64,000 nt of DNA, from assembly GCF_964204645.1 (NCBI RefSeq), contig NC_134035.1:10076451-10140450 (forward strand). Direction: 5' to 3'. The position numbers and the translations under genes were made by a program. The number at the start of each line of letters is the position of its first letter. Positions within the stretch are counted from its first letter, which is position 1. This stretch comes from Tubulanus polymorphus. Its lineage: Eukaryota; Animalia; Nemertea. The notes under the pieces are model-generated. The model saw only the letters and a program-made list of their open reading frames with translations. It did not search any database and had not been told where the DNA came from. Below, piece by piece: positions 63,156 through 64,000 of the stretch.

Positions 63156-64000
63156 AGTACGTAAATCGACGCGTTTAAAAAAAAAATACACTTGAACGCA
63201 ACACGTATTTTCACGTAATCAACGATTCCTGCTTCTCATAGAACCTGAAACGACACGAATAGTGAAAATGATTACAATACTGAATATTGTCATCGACGTT
63301 AAACATGATTATATATAACAAACATATGCACAACGCGTGCACACGTACGGTTCATACACTCTAATATCGCGTATCGAGCAATGAAAATATCTGCAAACGG
63401 TAAAAATATACACAAATACTATTAAAATCAAACAATGGATCCGAAAAGCGGCAGATGTATGTTTTTACATATATATCTATATACGCTGCGATTTTTTTCA
63501 TAATTACACCGATCTTTTTTATACCCCGCCAATACCAGATGGCTCAAAAAAGTATTCGAACAATTACGTCAGCGAGGCTCGAAACTAAAAACCTGTCAAT
63601 GTCGTCAATAATCATACACTCGTTCATATTGATTACTTTTATGATAAATTAGATATTAGGATATTAGTGATGGACCAAAAAATGTGTCTGTGTAAAAATG
63701 TCTGTGTACAAAATCCAACTATAACAATGAAAAATGACGGTAACATAGTCTGATAATGTTTCCCCGAGGTAGGAGTTTATTTGATGTTTTAACTATATTC
63801 TAATAGTCATCTTGAGGAATACTGAGTTGCAACAGATATTATGAAATGCATATATTCAATCCAGATACTACCAGCCCAAGGAAACATTTTTGGACTTAAT
63901 ATCATTTTTTTCGTTATGATCCTCAACATATTATCGCCACAACACAGATATACAGTGTTTTATCAATATTATATAATATCAATTATATATATTATATATA

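Overview
AT-rich animal genomic DNA with spliceosomal introns, most consistent with an invertebrate. No rRNA, true tRNA gene or CRISPR array is supportable. Coding content: (1) an intronless secreted Gly/Tyr/Ala-rich protein (6.25-7.20 kb, minus strand) with a TATA+Inr core promoter; (2) three paralogous intronless rhodopsin-class GPCRs (9.5, 12.3 and 50.0 kb, all minus), two of them in a ~1.85-kb segmental duplication; (3) an unprocessed TXNL1 pseudogene that has lost exons (15.65-17.57 kb, plus); (4) a C2H2 zinc-finger gene with two coding exons (63155-59814, minus, 795 aa). The interval between GPCR copies 2 and 3 is dominated by tandem arrays: two ancient decayed arrays, a 237/243-bp array whose unit looks like an exon plus intron, and a 14-kb composite satellite. 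That satellite consists of 76-bp tRNA-like B-box monomers interleaved with 16 copies of a ~237-bp foldback and two copies of a solo LTR. Many MITEs and LINE fragments are scattered throughout. The strongest leads are the MORC3/4-like C-terminal domain on the zinc-finger protein and the satellite, whose layout could support Pol III-driven hairpin RNA. Family assignments come from recalled motifs, not searches, and some repeat boundaries are approximate.
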